DNA from: Sandaracinaceae bacterium
GTDB taxonomy: Bacteria; Myxococcota_A; Polyangia; Polyangiales; Sandaracinaceae
Assembly (NCBI GenBank): GCA_044220955.1
Contig: JBGAQA010000015.1
Location: 23,171 to 87,170, forward strand
Direction of reading: 5' to 3'
DNA length: 64,000 nucleotides
A program made the translations under genes and the position numbers. The notes beneath the pieces were generated by a model. The model was not told where the DNA came from, searched no databases, and saw only the letters and a program-made list of their open reading frames with translations. Positions 1 through 9,762 of the stretch are shown here, one piece after another. Each line of letters starts with the position of its first letter. Positions within the stretch are counted from its first letter, which is position 1.

Positions 1-1259
1 CGGACGATGCCGTACACCGTCGCCAGCCCCAGGCCGGTCCCCTTGCCCACGGGCTTGGTGGTGAAGAAGGGCTCGAACACGCGCACCCGCACCTCCTCGC
101 GCATGCCGATGCCGGTGTCGCTGACCCCGAGGAACACGTAGTCGCCCGCCACGACCTCCGGGTGCTCGCGCGCGTAGGCCTCGTCCAGCGTGACGTTCTG
201 CGTCTCGAGCGTGAGCTTGCCCCCGTCGGGCATCGCGTCGCGCGCGTTCACCGCCAGGTTGATCAGGACCTGCTCGATCTGGCTCGGATCGACCTCGACG
301 GACCACACGGCCGGGACGAGCACCTTCTGGATCTCGATGTCCTCCCCGAGCAGGCGCGTGAGCATGCGATCGGTCTGGCGGACCAGGTCGTTCACGTCCA
401 CGCGCATCGGCTCGATCACCTGCCGACGCGAGAACGCCAGGAGCTGACGCGTGAGCGCGGCGGCCCTGTCCGCGGAGACGCGGATCTCGTCCATATCCTC
501 GTGGGCCGGCGAGTCCTCGGGCAGCGCGTGCTTGGCGAGCTCGGCGTTGCCGATGATGGCGGCGAGCACGTTGTTGAAGTCGTGGGCGATGCCTCCGGCC
601 AGCTTGCCGACGGCCTCCATCCGCTGCGTCGCCCGCAGACGCTCCTCGTAGCGCTGGCGCTCGCTGATGTCGCGGATCACGACGATCGACTCGGCCTCTC
701 CGTCGCCCCGCGAGCGGCTCCGGTTGTACTCCACGGGCCTCTCGCTGCCGTCGGAGCGAAGCGCGCGTCGCAGCGTCGGCTGACCCTCCGTCGGCGTGGA
801 GAGCAGGCTCTCCCATCGGCGGCCGATCAGCTCCCGGTTCGCGAGGCCGAAGAGCGCGCTGGCCGCCGCGTTGGCGTAGGCGATGCGCCCGCCGGCGCCC
901 ACGAGCAGCGTGCAGTCGGGCGCCGCCTCGAGCGTGGACTCGAACAGGAGCCGCGCGCGCAGGTGGCGCGCGAGCAGGACCGCGAAGAGCCAGATCGCCG
1001 CGACGGAGAGGCCGCGGTTGGCGAGCGTGAGGGTGAGGTCCGGGCCCTGCCGGCCGAGCACGGTGTCGGCCACGGTGAGCGCGGTCGCGACCGCCGCGTG
1101 CGCCACGGGGTGCCAGCCCACCCGCGACGAGAACAGGACCGCGAGCGTGGCGACGTAGAGGACTCCGAGGGCGTAGCCGCCGGGAACGACGAGGTCGGCG
1201 CCGAAGACGAGCCCGGTGAGCGCGAGCGAGACGATCAGCGGCCGGTGCTCGGGGCTCAC
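1..1259 (-). CDS. Membrane-anchored PAS sensor histidine kinase (runs off the left edge, C-terminus missing)
   Basis: Read on the reverse strand, absent from the ORF track. GTG at 1259 overlaps the upstream TGA; hydrophobic N-terminus MSPEHRPLIVSLALTGLVFG; H-box GIAHDFNN; ATP-lid VFEPFFTTKPVGKGTGLGLATVYGIV. Confidence 0.9.
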   Translation of the reverse strand, partial: MSPEHRPLIVSLALTGLVFGADLVVPGGYALGVLYVATLAVLFSSRVGWHPVAHAAVATALTVADTVLGRQGPDLTLTLANRGLSVAAIWLFAVLLARHLRARLLFESTLEAAPDCTLLVGAGGRIAYANAAASALFGLANRELIGRRWESLLSTPTEGQPTLRRALRSDGSERPVEYNRSRSRGDGEAESIVVIRDISERQRYEERLRATQRMEAVGKLAGGIAHDFNNVLAAIIGNAELAKHALPEDSPAHEDMDEIRVSADRAAALTRQLLAFSRRQVIEPMRVDVNDLVRQTDRMLTRLLGEDIEIQKVLVPAVWSVEVDPSQIEQVLINLAVNARDAMPDGGKLTLETQNVTLDEAYAREHPEVVAGDYVFLGVSDTGIGMREEVRVRVFEPFFTTKPVGKGTGLGLATVYGIV

Positions 1260-1606
1260 AGCCCGTGCAGCATTGCACGGACGCGGGTCACCAGATCCGA
1301 CGGACCGAAGGGCTTCGCGAGGAAGGCCCGTCCGGCAGGGCCGTCGCAGCCCGACGTGAAGAGCACCCGCAGCCCCGAGTTGCGCGTCGTCAACTGGGCG
1401 GCGAGCTCCGGGCCGTCCATGCCGGGCATGTCGACGTCGGTCACCAGTAGCATCGGCCGGGACGCGGTCTTGGCGGCGATCTCGAGCGCCACGGGACCGC
1501 TGGGGGCCTCGAGCACGTCGAACCCCGCGCGGGTGAGGGCGCGGACCATCGTCCGCCGGAGCGCGTCGTTGTCGTCGACCACCATGACCGTCGCGCGCGC
1601 TTCCAT
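1256..1606 (-). CDS. Single-domain response regulator (CheY-like receiver)
   Basis: C-terminal part of ORF 1256..3010: VMVVDD, LLVTDVDMPGMDG, FTSG, LAKPF. Alternative ATG at 1648. Confidence 0.88.
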   Translation of the reverse strand: MEARATVMVVDDNDALRRTMVRALTRAGFDVLEAPSGPVALEIAAKTASRPMLLVTDVDMPGMDGPELAAQLTTRNSGLRVLFTSGCDGPAGRAFLAKPFGPSDLVTRVRAMLHGL

Positions 1607-1752
1607 CTCGCTCTCCGCGCTCGTCGGTGTAGCGCGGCGCTCGCCCATCGGCCGCGAGAAGCGCCGAACGAGACGAGCGCACGCAAAGGCGCGGGCGCGG
1701 CGTGCTCTTGCACACGCACTCCCGCGCCGGCACCCGGACCTCCGCCTGCGCG

Positions 1753-3741
1753 CTACGTCCCCGCCGAGCCTCGTGAGCTCGAACCGGGCGCCCGCGGTCG
1801 ATCCTCCTCGACGAAGACCGGGCTCGACCAGGCCATCTCGCCGTCGGCGGTCACCACGCGCGCGTACCACCAGCCCGCGCCGACCTCGCAGGCGAGCGAC
1901 GCCTCCAGCGCGTCGGGCATCGTCTCGGCGCGAGCACCATCGGCGCCGATCACCGACAGGTGCGCGATGGGGCGCGCCGCGCCGGCCCGGACCCGTAGCT
2001 GCACCCTCCCCGCATCGCTCGCACGCACGGCCGCGCCCATCGGCGCCCCGTCCGCGTCGACGTCGAGGAAGATCGGCACGCCGCTCGTCGCGTAGCAGCG
2101 GCGGGCACGCAGGGCCTCGAAGATCGCCTCGCGCGTGCGCTCGCGAGCGAGCACGGCCGTGAGCCCCGTGCGGAATGGATCGCGCTTGCGGGCGACCCCG
2201 TGATGCCGGAGCAGTCCGTGTCCATCGGAGCAGGCGATGAAGCCGAAGCGCCGCCCGCGCGAGAGCACGCGCTCGATCATCTGATCGCGAAGATCGCCTC
2301 GCTGCCCGAGGGGATGCCCCTCGGTGAGGTAGCACCCGTGGCAGGAGCAGATCTCCCAGACCGGCTGGATCTCCGGGTCGTGGGCCGCCTCGTCCGCGCC
2401 CGTCCAGCCCACGTGGTGCGGCACGGCGATGGCGCCCGTGCCGCGCAGGCGCGAGGCGAGCCCCTCGCCCGTCGGCTCGACGTCGCGCGACACGATCGCG
2501 TGAGGCCGCGCGGCGTACACGACCTTGTGACCGGGCCCCGGGTGGGCCCGCCCGGTCCACTCGTACGCGTGCAGCGTGGCGAACGCGCCGGGATCGTCGT
2601 GCGCGTCCGCGGTCGCGGCGAGCAGCTTCCACTCGCCGGGTGAGACGCGCTTGCCCAGGAAGGACTCGTGGTCGGAGAGCGCCGCGAAGTCGTCCCCGTA
2701 GACCCAGCGCGCACGCAGGTAGGGCTCGTCGGCCGTGCCGCATCCGTCGGAGTGAGCGCTGTGCTGGTGGATGTCGCCGAAGAGCGTGCGCAGGCCACGC
2801 GCGGCCGCGGGATCGGCGCACGAGGGCCGAGGCGGCACGTCGCGGTGGGGACGCGCCGGGTGCACGACGAGCGCAGGCGCCAGGGCCGGAGCCCCCTCGA
2901 GGGTGCGCGAGATCATCGAGACCACGATGCCGGGGCGCTCGCGACGGGCGAGGAGGAGCTCGCCGGGTCCGAGCTCGAGGGCCGCGACGCGGCGGCCACG
3001 ACAGCCCCACGTGCCCTCGCCGAGCGGAGTGCGCTCACCGAAGCCGCGCGCGTCGAGGTGCTGCGCGTAGAAGCGGTGCGAGCCGCGCCCGAGGAGCGTG
3101 ACGCCGCCCGCGGCGTGCGGCGCGAGCGACGGCAGCTCGAAGCCTTGTTCCTCGCCCTCGCGATCGCGATCGCGATCGCGCATCGGCGCCGTCGGCTCGA
3201 GCACCGCGCCGCCGTCGGTGACGAAGCGCAGTGCGATCCACTTCGTCAGGTCCGGCTCGCCCGTGTCCTCACGTAAGTTGTGGTGGAACGCGACCCACGT
3301 GCCGCCCTCGGCCCGGGCGATGGCCGGCGCGGCCGCGGTGGCCGCCGCTTCCCAGACCAGCGTCCGCTGCTCGCCGCGGCGGAGCTCGACGCGGGAGCGC
3401 CCCGCCTCGCGGGCGATCGAGACGCGCTCCTGGCCCTCCGTCGCGTCGTCGCGCCGCGGTCCTGCGACGCGCGCGGGCTCGGAGCGGCCCCATCCGAGCG
3501 CCTCGATCGCGGCGGCCTCCCCGAGCACGACGGGGGCCCCGAGCGCGAGCGGGGCGAGCGTCACGGGCAGCGCGAGGTGCTGCTCGACGCCGCGCTCCGG
3601 GAGCCAGGCGAGGACGTGCAGCCGCGCACCGCCCGGCGCGCGCTCGAGCCGCGCATCGCGCACGTATCGATCGGCTGCCTGCGGGAGGAGGACGTCGCCC
3701 ACGTCCCGTCGATGGCACGGGCGCCGGGCGAGAGCCAACAA
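1753..3741 (-). CDS. PHP-fold metallohydrolase (DUF3604 / CehA-McbA-like)
   Basis: GDIHQHSAHSDG, FAALSDH, AYEWT, PHH and GFIACSDGH metal-ligand motifs; C-terminal AWSSP. Confidence 0.75.
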   Translation of the reverse strand: MLALARRPCHRRDVGDVLLPQAADRYVRDARLERAPGGARLHVLAWLPERGVEQHLALPVTLAPLALGAPVVLGEAAAIEALGWGRSEPARVAGPRRDDATEGQERVSIAREAGRSRVELRRGEQRTLVWEAAATAAAPAIARAEGGTWVAFHHNLREDTGEPDLTKWIALRFVTDGGAVLEPTAPMRDRDRDREGEEQGFELPSLAPHAAGGVTLLGRGSHRFYAQHLDARGFGERTPLGEGTWGCRGRRVAALELGPGELLLARRERPGIVVSMISRTLEGAPALAPALVVHPARPHRDVPPRPSCADPAAARGLRTLFGDIHQHSAHSDGCGTADEPYLRARWVYGDDFAALSDHESFLGKRVSPGEWKLLAATADAHDDPGAFATLHAYEWTGRAHPGPGHKVVYAARPHAIVSRDVEPTGEGLASRLRGTGAIAVPHHVGWTGADEAAHDPEIQPVWEICSCHGCYLTEGHPLGQRGDLRDQMIERVLSRGRRFGFIACSDGHGLLRHHGVARKRDPFRTGLTAVLARERTREAIFEALRARRCYATSGVPIFLDVDADGAPMGAAVRASDAGRVQLRVRAGAARPIAHLSVIGADGARAETMPDALEASLACEVGAGWWYARVVTADGEMAWSSPVFVEEDRPRAPGSSSRGSAGT

Positions 3742-3839
3742 ACCGGCGGGGGGCCGCGCCGATCACGCTCGCGCGCGAGCGCTCCTGCGGCCTGCGCGAG
3801 CGCGTGCAGTCCCGTGGCGGGCGCAGCGCGGCGGCCGCT

Positions 3840-6458
3840 TCACATCGCGCCAGACCCGGCGCTCGGCACCGGCAGGTACGCCGCGTCGAGCGGGAGCACG
3901 ACGTCCTCGAAGGTGACCAGCGAGGTGAGGCGATCGAACGCGTAGCCGGGGATCTGCACGTTGATGCCGATCGGCACGGACGCGATCACGCCGTCGGCGA
4001 GATCGAGCTGGGCCCGGTCGGCGATCTGGAACGCCATCGCGTCCACCCGCGAGACGGCGAAGCGCACGACCCGGACCTCGGCGAACCGCGAGGCCCCGAT
4101 CCCCACGCTCGTCCCGACCCCGGGACACGTGCTCGTCGCGCACTCGGCGTCGAGCACGTCACGGACGACGACGTCGCCGAGCGTGGTCGTGCCACCGCTC
4201 GTGCTGCAGATGCCGCAGGTGTGCGTGCGCTCGACGAGCGCGCGGGCGAGAGAGAACGTGGCGGCCACGGACACGACGCCGGCCCCCGCGGTGCCGTCGA
4301 GCGCGCGGCCCCGGACGTCGCGCACCACGAGATCGTGGACGTCCACGGCCTGCGCCGCGTCGTTGCCGTAGACGAAGAGGCCCGCGTCGTGGACGTCCGA
4401 GATGCGCACGTGAGCCAGCGCGACGTGGGCGCGCTGGACGACGACGCCTCGCCCGAAGCGCTGGTCGCGCCCGTCGCTCGAGACGTCGCGGACCGAGACG
4501 TGCTCGCCCGTGCCCGAGCCTCCGATCCACGCGAGGCCGACCTCGCGGACGTCCTCGATCGCCACACGCACGAGGTCCGCTCGGCCGTCCTCGATCGACA
4601 CGCCGCGACCGCTCGCGTGATCCCAGGGTCGCTCGTGCACGTGGCGCACGACGAGGTCGCTCGCCCGGAGTACCGGTGGAGCTGCGCCCTCCGCGTGTGG
4701 CGCGAAGACGCCCTGGCCGCGGGCGTCCTCGACGAGCGCCCGCGCGAGCACGAGCGTCCCGCCGTTCTCGACGTCGGCACCGACTCCGTCGTAGGGCGCG
4801 CGCGAGCCCGCTCCGATGCGCCGGATGGCGACGTCGTCGAACGACGCGCTCGCCGCGTTCACCAGCACGCCCGCGCTCGAGACATCCTCGACGCGCACGC
4901 GGAGCCCGGTGAGCACCGTGCCCGCGCCAGCCACGAACACGCCGACCCCGTAGGGCCCCAGCACGCGCGTGACGCCCGTCACCGTGAGATCCGAGAGCGT
5001 CGCGTGGCCGCCGTCCTCGACGCGGACGCCGATACCGTGCGCAGAAGCGATTGACGCGCGCGTCGCCGAGAGCGTCCCGCCCCTCACGACGACGGCGTCG
5101 GCGTCGGCACCGTCGAGCTCGAGGGCGCGCTCGACCACGAGATCGGTCGCGTCGACGGAGGCTCCGGCAGACACGGCCAGGCCCGCGCCGCCCGCGCCCA
5201 CGATCGCGACCCGAGCGAGCGTCGCGCGACCTGCCGTCGCGAGCCCGCCGGTCGCGGCGCGCACGCTCGACACGTCGCGCACGAGCACGTCCTCGAGGTC
5301 GATCCCGGCCGACGGATCGACGGCCACGCCGCCGCCGACCGCTCCCTCCACGACGACGCGCCGGAGCGTGGCCCGCGTCGTCGCGTCCCAGAGGCGGACG
5401 CCGGCGCTCGTGTCCGCCGTTCCGGTCGCCGCGAGCACGCCCCGGACCGCGCTGTCCTCGAGCACGAGCGAGGCGCCCATCCCCACGTAGACGCCTGCGT
5501 CGCGGCTCCGCTCGAGCGAGGCGCGCACGACCGTCGCGCTCGCCCCGTGGCTCACGACGAGCGCGCGGCCACGGGTCCCGTCGGAGAGCGACGCCGTGTC
5601 CCGAAGGGCCAGCTCCGCCGCGTCGAGGTCGCTTCCGGTGCCGTCCACCTCGATCGCCCGGCCGCGCGCGCCCGCGATCACCACGCCTCGCACCCTGGCC
5701 GCGCCCCCCTGCACGACGATCCCCATGGACGGTGTGGGCCCGACGCCGAGATCCTCGATCACCACGCCGGCGCTCGCGACCGTGATCGCGCCGACGGACT
5801 CGCCCGCCGACGACGGCACGATCACGGTGTCCCGGCTGCACGCGCCGCGCAGCGTGAGGGGCCGATCGAGGCGCACGGCCTCGTCGTAGGTGCCACGAGA
5901 GAGCGCCAGCAACGCCCCGTCGGGCGCGCTCGCGACGGCCTCGGCGATGGTCGCGTATGGCGCCGTGGCGCTCCCGTCCCCACCTGGCGCCGCGCCCGCG
6001 CGCACGTGCAGGATCACGGCGCCGGCGGGGAGGTCCGCCGGGTCGGCGCCCGCGGGACACGGGCGCCCCACGGCGACGCAGCCCGCCTCGCCCGGGAAGT
6101 GCGCCTCGCCGGCGCCACAGTCGACGGCGCCGGAGGTCGGCCACGGGTCGCAGTAGCTCGCCGCACCGTCGGACGTCGGCACGCTCCGCCAGCCGCTCGC
6201 GCACGGGAGCGAGGGCGTCGCGACGGGCGGCGCGCCCGCGGCGAGCCAGTCGAGGGCCGGCGGGTCTACGGTCGGCTCGCCCGCCGCGAGCCACGGGATC
6301 GTCGCGCCGACCGGGGGCCCCGCATCGGGGCGGACGTACCCGTCGGGGGCGCCCGCGTCGCTCCGCGCCGCGTCGGGCACCCGCGTGTGCACGTGCTCTG
6401 CGCAGGCGAGCAGAGGCAGCAAGAGGACCGCCGGCCAGAAGCGCCGCTCAGTAGGCAT
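3840..6458 (-). CDS. Lipoprotein with Cys-rich N-domain and right-handed beta-helix (DUF1565 / pectin-lyase-like fold)
   Basis: Lipobox LLAC; GDGSATAPYATIAEAV...GTYDE motif; repeated LxDLVVRDV / LxRVxIE coils. Confidence 0.8.
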   Translation of the reverse strand: MPTERRFWPAVLLLPLLACAEHVHTRVPDAARSDAGAPDGYVRPDAGPPVGATIPWLAAGEPTVDPPALDWLAAGAPPVATPSLPCASGWRSVPTSDGAASYCDPWPTSGAVDCGAGEAHFPGEAGCVAVGRPCPAGADPADLPAGAVILHVRAGAAPGGDGSATAPYATIAEAVASAPDGALLALSRGTYDEAVRLDRPLTLRGACSRDTVIVPSSAGESVGAITVASAGVVIEDLGVGPTPSMGIVVQGGAARVRGVVIAGARGRAIEVDGTGSDLDAAELALRDTASLSDGTRGRALVVSHGASATVVRASLERSRDAGVYVGMGASLVLEDSAVRGVLAATGTADTSAGVRLWDATTRATLRRVVVEGAVGGGVAVDPSAGIDLEDVLVRDVSSVRAATGGLATAGRATLARVAIVGAGGAGLAVSAGASVDATDLVVERALELDGADADAVVVRGGTLSATRASIASAHGIGVRVEDGGHATLSDLTVTGVTRVLGPYGVGVFVAGAGTVLTGLRVRVEDVSSAGVLVNAASASFDDVAIRRIGAGSRAPYDGVGADVENGGTLVLARALVEDARGQGVFAPHAEGAAPPVLRASDLVVRHVHERPWDHASGRGVSIEDGRADLVRVAIEDVREVGLAWIGGSGTGEHVSVRDVSSDGRDQRFGRGVVVQRAHVALAHVRISDVHDAGLFVYGNDAAQAVDVHDLVVRDVRGRALDGTAGAGVVSVAATFSLARALVERTHTCGICSTSGGTTTLGDVVVRDVLDAECATSTCPGVGTSVGIGASRFAEVRVVRFAVSRVDAMAFQIADRAQLDLADGVIASVPIGINVQIPGYAFDRLTSLVTFEDVVLPLDAAYLPVPSAGSGAM

Positions 6459-8379
6459 TGGCGAACCCGATCTCGCCCACGACCGGCACGTCGATGAGCG
6501 TGACGCGATGGCTCTCCACGTTCCTGTCGCCGGTGATCAGCACCGACGGCGTGCTCGCGATGGTGCCGTCCTCGAGCAGCGCCGTGGTCGGCACGGCGAC
6601 GGAGAACGCCGTCTGCGCAGCGCGCTCGATGCGGAATCGGCGCAGCGCGATCGTCCCACCGAACACGCCCACGCCGACGCCTCCGCGGACGCTGCCGTCC
6701 GTCGCGACGGCGACGGGGCCCACGTCGCGGACGATCACGTCCGCGCCCTCGAGGTGCGCCCACGCCTCGCGGATCCCACCGCCGGCCATACGCTCGACCA
6801 CGACGCGCGAGAGCGAGGCGTGCCCGTCGTCGAGCTGCAGGCCGCCTCCGAGCTCGGTCCCCCAGCTCACGGCACCGTCGGCGATGTCGCGAACGAGCAC
6901 GTCGACGAGCGAGACGCTCGTCGAGACCCCCTGGCAGGCGACGCCCGCGAGCACGGCTCGCTCCACGACGGCTCCCTCGAGCGAGAGCGCGGCGCCGTCC
7001 TGGGCGAGCACCGCACGGCCCTCGATGGCCGGCGTCGCCGTGACGTCCGCGACGCGCACGTCCCTCAGCGCGAGCGAGGTGCCCACGCCGAGCGCGACCA
7101 CCGCGAGGCCGGATGCCCGGAGGATCGACACGCGCGCCAGCGTGACCCGGGAACCGTCGACCGCGCCCAGCCCTCCGAGGTCCGGGGCGACGTCGCGCAC
7201 GAGCAGGTCGCTGCCCATCGCCACCGCGTCCTGGCCAGCGACGGTGACGCCCCCGTGCCCGTCCAGCCGCAGCCGCCGCAGACGAAGTTGCGAGTCGACC
7301 ACGTGCACCGACGCGTCGAAGCCTCCGCCGACGACCACGCCGTCGGTCAGGTCGAGCGCGCTCCCGTCGTCTGCGGCGAAGATCGGCCCGCCGCCGAGCC
7401 AGGCCCGCTCGACGGTCAGCGCGCCGCCTCCTGCCGCGCCGACGGTCGTCCCCGCCGCGCCGCGGACGGCGAGATCGCGAAGCGTGGCGCGCGAGCCCAC
7501 GTCCGTGACGTACACCGCGCCGCCGCTCGACAGGCCCTCGATCAGCACCCGATCGGCGTCGAGCGCCGCACCGGCGCCGACCGTGAGGCCGGCGAGCACG
7601 ACGTCGGGCGGCGGACGCACGACCAGGTCCGACACCGTGCACTGCGTTCCCGGGCTCTCCAGCCAGAGCGCAGCGCCGCGGGCGCTGGCGACGACCACGT
7701 CGTGCACCCTGGCCTGCGCGCCGCCGATCACGCCGATCGCACCTGCGGCGCCGGTGAACGTGAGCCCCGAGATCGTGGCCCTCACGCCCTCCCCGCGGAC
7801 CAGCAGCGCGCGCGACGAGGGCCAGCTGGGCGCCACGAGGGTCCCGGCCACGCACGCACCGACGACGTCCATCGATCGCGTCACGATCGGCGCATCGTCG
7901 TAGCGACCGCGACCGACCGCGACGACGCTCCCTTCCGGCGCGGCGTCGATCGCATCGGTCAGCGACGCGTAGGGACGCTCACGGGAGCCGTCGCCACCGG
8001 TGGCCGCCGCGGCGAGCACGTACACGATCGGCCGATCGGTCGGCAGGTCGCGGGGGAACGGATCGGATGCGTCGCAGGGCGCGCCGAGCGTCCGGCAAGC
8101 GGGCTCGCCGGGAAAGTGCCCGGCATCCGCCGCGCAAAGCGAGGGGCCCTCGCCTTCGAACGGATCACAGTAGGCGATGCCATCGCCGTCGGTGCGCGTG
8201 TGCCACGACGGCGGGCACGGCGTCAGCGACACCCGCTCGATCGGCGGCTCGCCCGCGCTCTGCCAGGGGATCGCGGGAGGCGCGGCCGCGCCGAGCTCGA
8301 CGGACGGACGCCAGTGCGTCCGGCAAGCCGTCAGCAACACGGCCACCACCGCGATCCGAGCGGCAGGCACGGCACGCAC
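6448..8379 (-). CDS. Paralogous beta-helix lipoprotein
   Basis: Start re-placed at GTG 8379 (signal ...VVAVLLTAC); GDGSRERPYASLTDAI; same coil repeats; overlaps the next gene by 11 bp. Confidence 0.78.
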   Translation of the reverse strand: MRAVPAARIAVVAVLLTACRTHWRPSVELGAAAPPAIPWQSAGEPPIERVSLTPCPPSWHTRTDGDGIAYCDPFEGEGPSLCAADAGHFPGEPACRTLGAPCDASDPFPRDLPTDRPIVYVLAAAATGGDGSRERPYASLTDAIDAAPEGSVVAVGRGRYDDAPIVTRSMDVVGACVAGTLVAPSWPSSRALLVRGEGVRATISGLTFTGAAGAIGVIGGAQARVHDVVVASARGAALWLESPGTQCTVSDLVVRPPPDVVLAGLTVGAGAALDADRVLIEGLSSGGAVYVTDVGSRATLRDLAVRGAAGTTVGAAGGGALTVERAWLGGGPIFAADDGSALDLTDGVVVGGGFDASVHVVDSQLRLRRLRLDGHGGVTVAGQDAVAMGSDLLVRDVAPDLGGLGAVDGSRVTLARVSILRASGLAVVALGVGTSLALRDVRVADVTATPAIEGRAVLAQDGAALSLEGAVVERAVLAGVACQGVSTSVSLVDVLVRDIADGAVSWGTELGGGLQLDDGHASLSRVVVERMAGGGIREAWAHLEGADVIVRDVGPVAVATDGSVRGGVGVGVFGGTIALRRFRIERAAQTAFSVAVPTTALLEDGTIASTPSVLITGDRNVESHRVTLIDVPVVGEIGFANAY

Positions 8380-8385
8380 GGGTCC

Positions 8386-8414
8386 ATCGAGCCAAATCGG
8401 GTGGGCGGCGTCAA
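8386..8414 (-). promoter_or_regulatory. Putative sigma70-type promoter for the beta-helix lipoprotein pair
   Basis: TTGACG-17 bp-CTCGAT, then 6 nt to GTG 8379. The -10 match is weak. Confidence 0.45.
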
Positions 8415-8437
8415 CTCGGTTCGGCAACTCGGTTCGG
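8412..8437. repeat. Perfect 13-bp tandem direct repeat (CAACTCGGTTCGG)x2
   Basis: Copies at 8412-8424 and 8425-8437, read directly. Confidence 0.9.
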
Positions 8438-8530
8438 CGCCGGTGCCCGGAGCAGGCGTGAAAACGACGCCTCGCTCGACGCGCGGTCGCGATCGCCACG
8501 GACAGTGCTGGCGGATCGCGCACCTACCCG

Positions 8531-8550
8531 CCGGATCCTAGTTGATCCGG
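8531..8550. other. Inverted repeat CCGGATC-N6-GATCCGG downstream of the dab operon (hairpin or operator)
   Basis: 7-bp perfect stem, extendable imperfectly to 8524-8554; no U-tract. Confidence 0.4.
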
Positions 8551-8580
8551 GTAGTTACGATGGTGTGGAGTGACCCCGCG

Positions 8581-9762
8581 TCAGGGAGGGGGGACGTCGT
8601 AGTCCGTCCGCTGGGCGTGCCGCGCCGCGGAAGAGACCTCGCTGGGTCCGCCGGTCGCCCGGTGCGCGAGCACTGCGCCCGTCACGAAGGGGCGCGGGAC
8701 CACGCCCACGACGAGCGAGAGCACCGCCGGTACGATCATGCCGATCGTCGGGGGCGGGGCCGGGCGCGGGTCGTAGCCGCCCTCCGCGATGACGTTCACG
8801 ATCGCGAGGAAGAGCGCCGCGGCGTTGATCGCGCCGACGCCGACGAACCCCGCGGCGAGCAGAGGCCGCAGCTCCAGCAGGCCGTGCGCGAGCAGATCCT
8901 CCGCGACGAAGCCGACCGTGCCCGGTAGGCCGATGGCCATCGCCACCGCGAAGAACGCCATCGGCTTCGGGAGCACCTTGACGCGCAGGGCGCTCTCCAG
9001 CGCGACGAGCGCGAGCGCGCCCGCCCACCACTCGATGACCGCGCCGACGCCCGCCTCGTGGTCGCCGCAGGCGAGCCCCATCCACACGAACGAGAAGAGC
9101 ACCCCGCGCTCGCATACGAGCAGCTCCGAGACGAGCGACGCGCGCTCGAAGTGGTTCGCGCGCATGCCGGCCGTCAGCAGCCAGAGCGCCGAGACCAGGC
9201 TCACCGCGCCGGCGACGAGCGGCACGATCGAGGTCGCCCGCGGCTCGCTCGCCGCGAGCGGGACGGCCATGCGCGCGAACGCGACCAGCGCGATGGGCGC
9301 GACCTGGGCGCCCTTCGCCTCGTCCTCGACCTTCACCGGCAGGAGCGAGAGCACGCAGCCCGCCACCAGCAGCACCAGGACCGCCGAGCGCGACGAGGCG
9401 TCCACGGTCTCCGCGTGCGCGAGCGACTCGAACGTCCGCGCCTGCGTGCCGAACGCGAGGATCCCGCTGGCCACGAGCAACGTGAGCGACGAGACGATGC
9501 CGCGCCGCCACATGCCGCCCTCGCGGTACGCCGTCACGCCGGCGTGGAGCACCGTCGCGCCGAGGAACACGAGCGGCGTCCGCGCGGAGAGGCAGAGGAA
9601 CACCATGAGCCCCTCGACGGCGCTGACGGCGTAGGCCCCGAGCGGCGTGCGCTTGCCGACGCGGATCTGGATCCGCCCCGAGCGCGACGCCTCGAAGACG
9701 AGGATGGGCGCGACCATCCACGCGAACCAGTCGGGCCAGAGCAGGTTGAGCACCTGGCTCAT
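8581..9762 (-). CDS. Degenerate NuoM/MrpD-like polytopic membrane protein, third gene of the dab operon
   Basis: ATG 9762 overlaps the dabB stop (ATGA); ~393 aa, highly hydrophobic; GLPGTVGFVAEDLL resembles the NuoM TM12 motif GLPGTxxFVGE. Confidence 0.72.
   Translation of the reverse strand: MSQVLNLLWPDWFAWMVAPILVFEASRSGRIQIRVGKRTPLGAYAVSAVEGLMVFLCLSARTPLVFLGATVLHAGVTAYREGGMWRRGIVSSLTLLVASGILAFGTQARTFESLAHAETVDASSRSAVLVLLVAGCVLSLLPVKVEDEAKGAQVAPIALVAFARMAVPLAASEPRATSIVPLVAGAVSLVSALWLLTAGMRANHFERASLVSELLVCERGVLFSFVWMGLACGDHEAGVGAVIEWWAGALALVALESALRVKVLPKPMAFFAVAMAIGLPGTVGFVAEDLLAHGLLELRPLLAAGFVGVGAINAAALFLAIVNVIAEGGYDPRPAPPPTIGMIVPAVLSLVVGVVPRPFVTGAVLAHRATGGPSEVSSAARHAQRTDYDVPPP

Noticed and set aside
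1690..1735. Possible sigma54 promoter upstream of the response regulator
   Set aside because: GG-to-GC spacing is one base short on both strands.
162..2162. 666-aa plus-strand ORF
   Set aside because: Antisense shadow of the minus-strand kinase and regulator; Arg-rich, no motifs.
3160..3182. (CGATCG)n repeat
   Set aside because: Encodes RDRDRDR within a CDS; no further structure.
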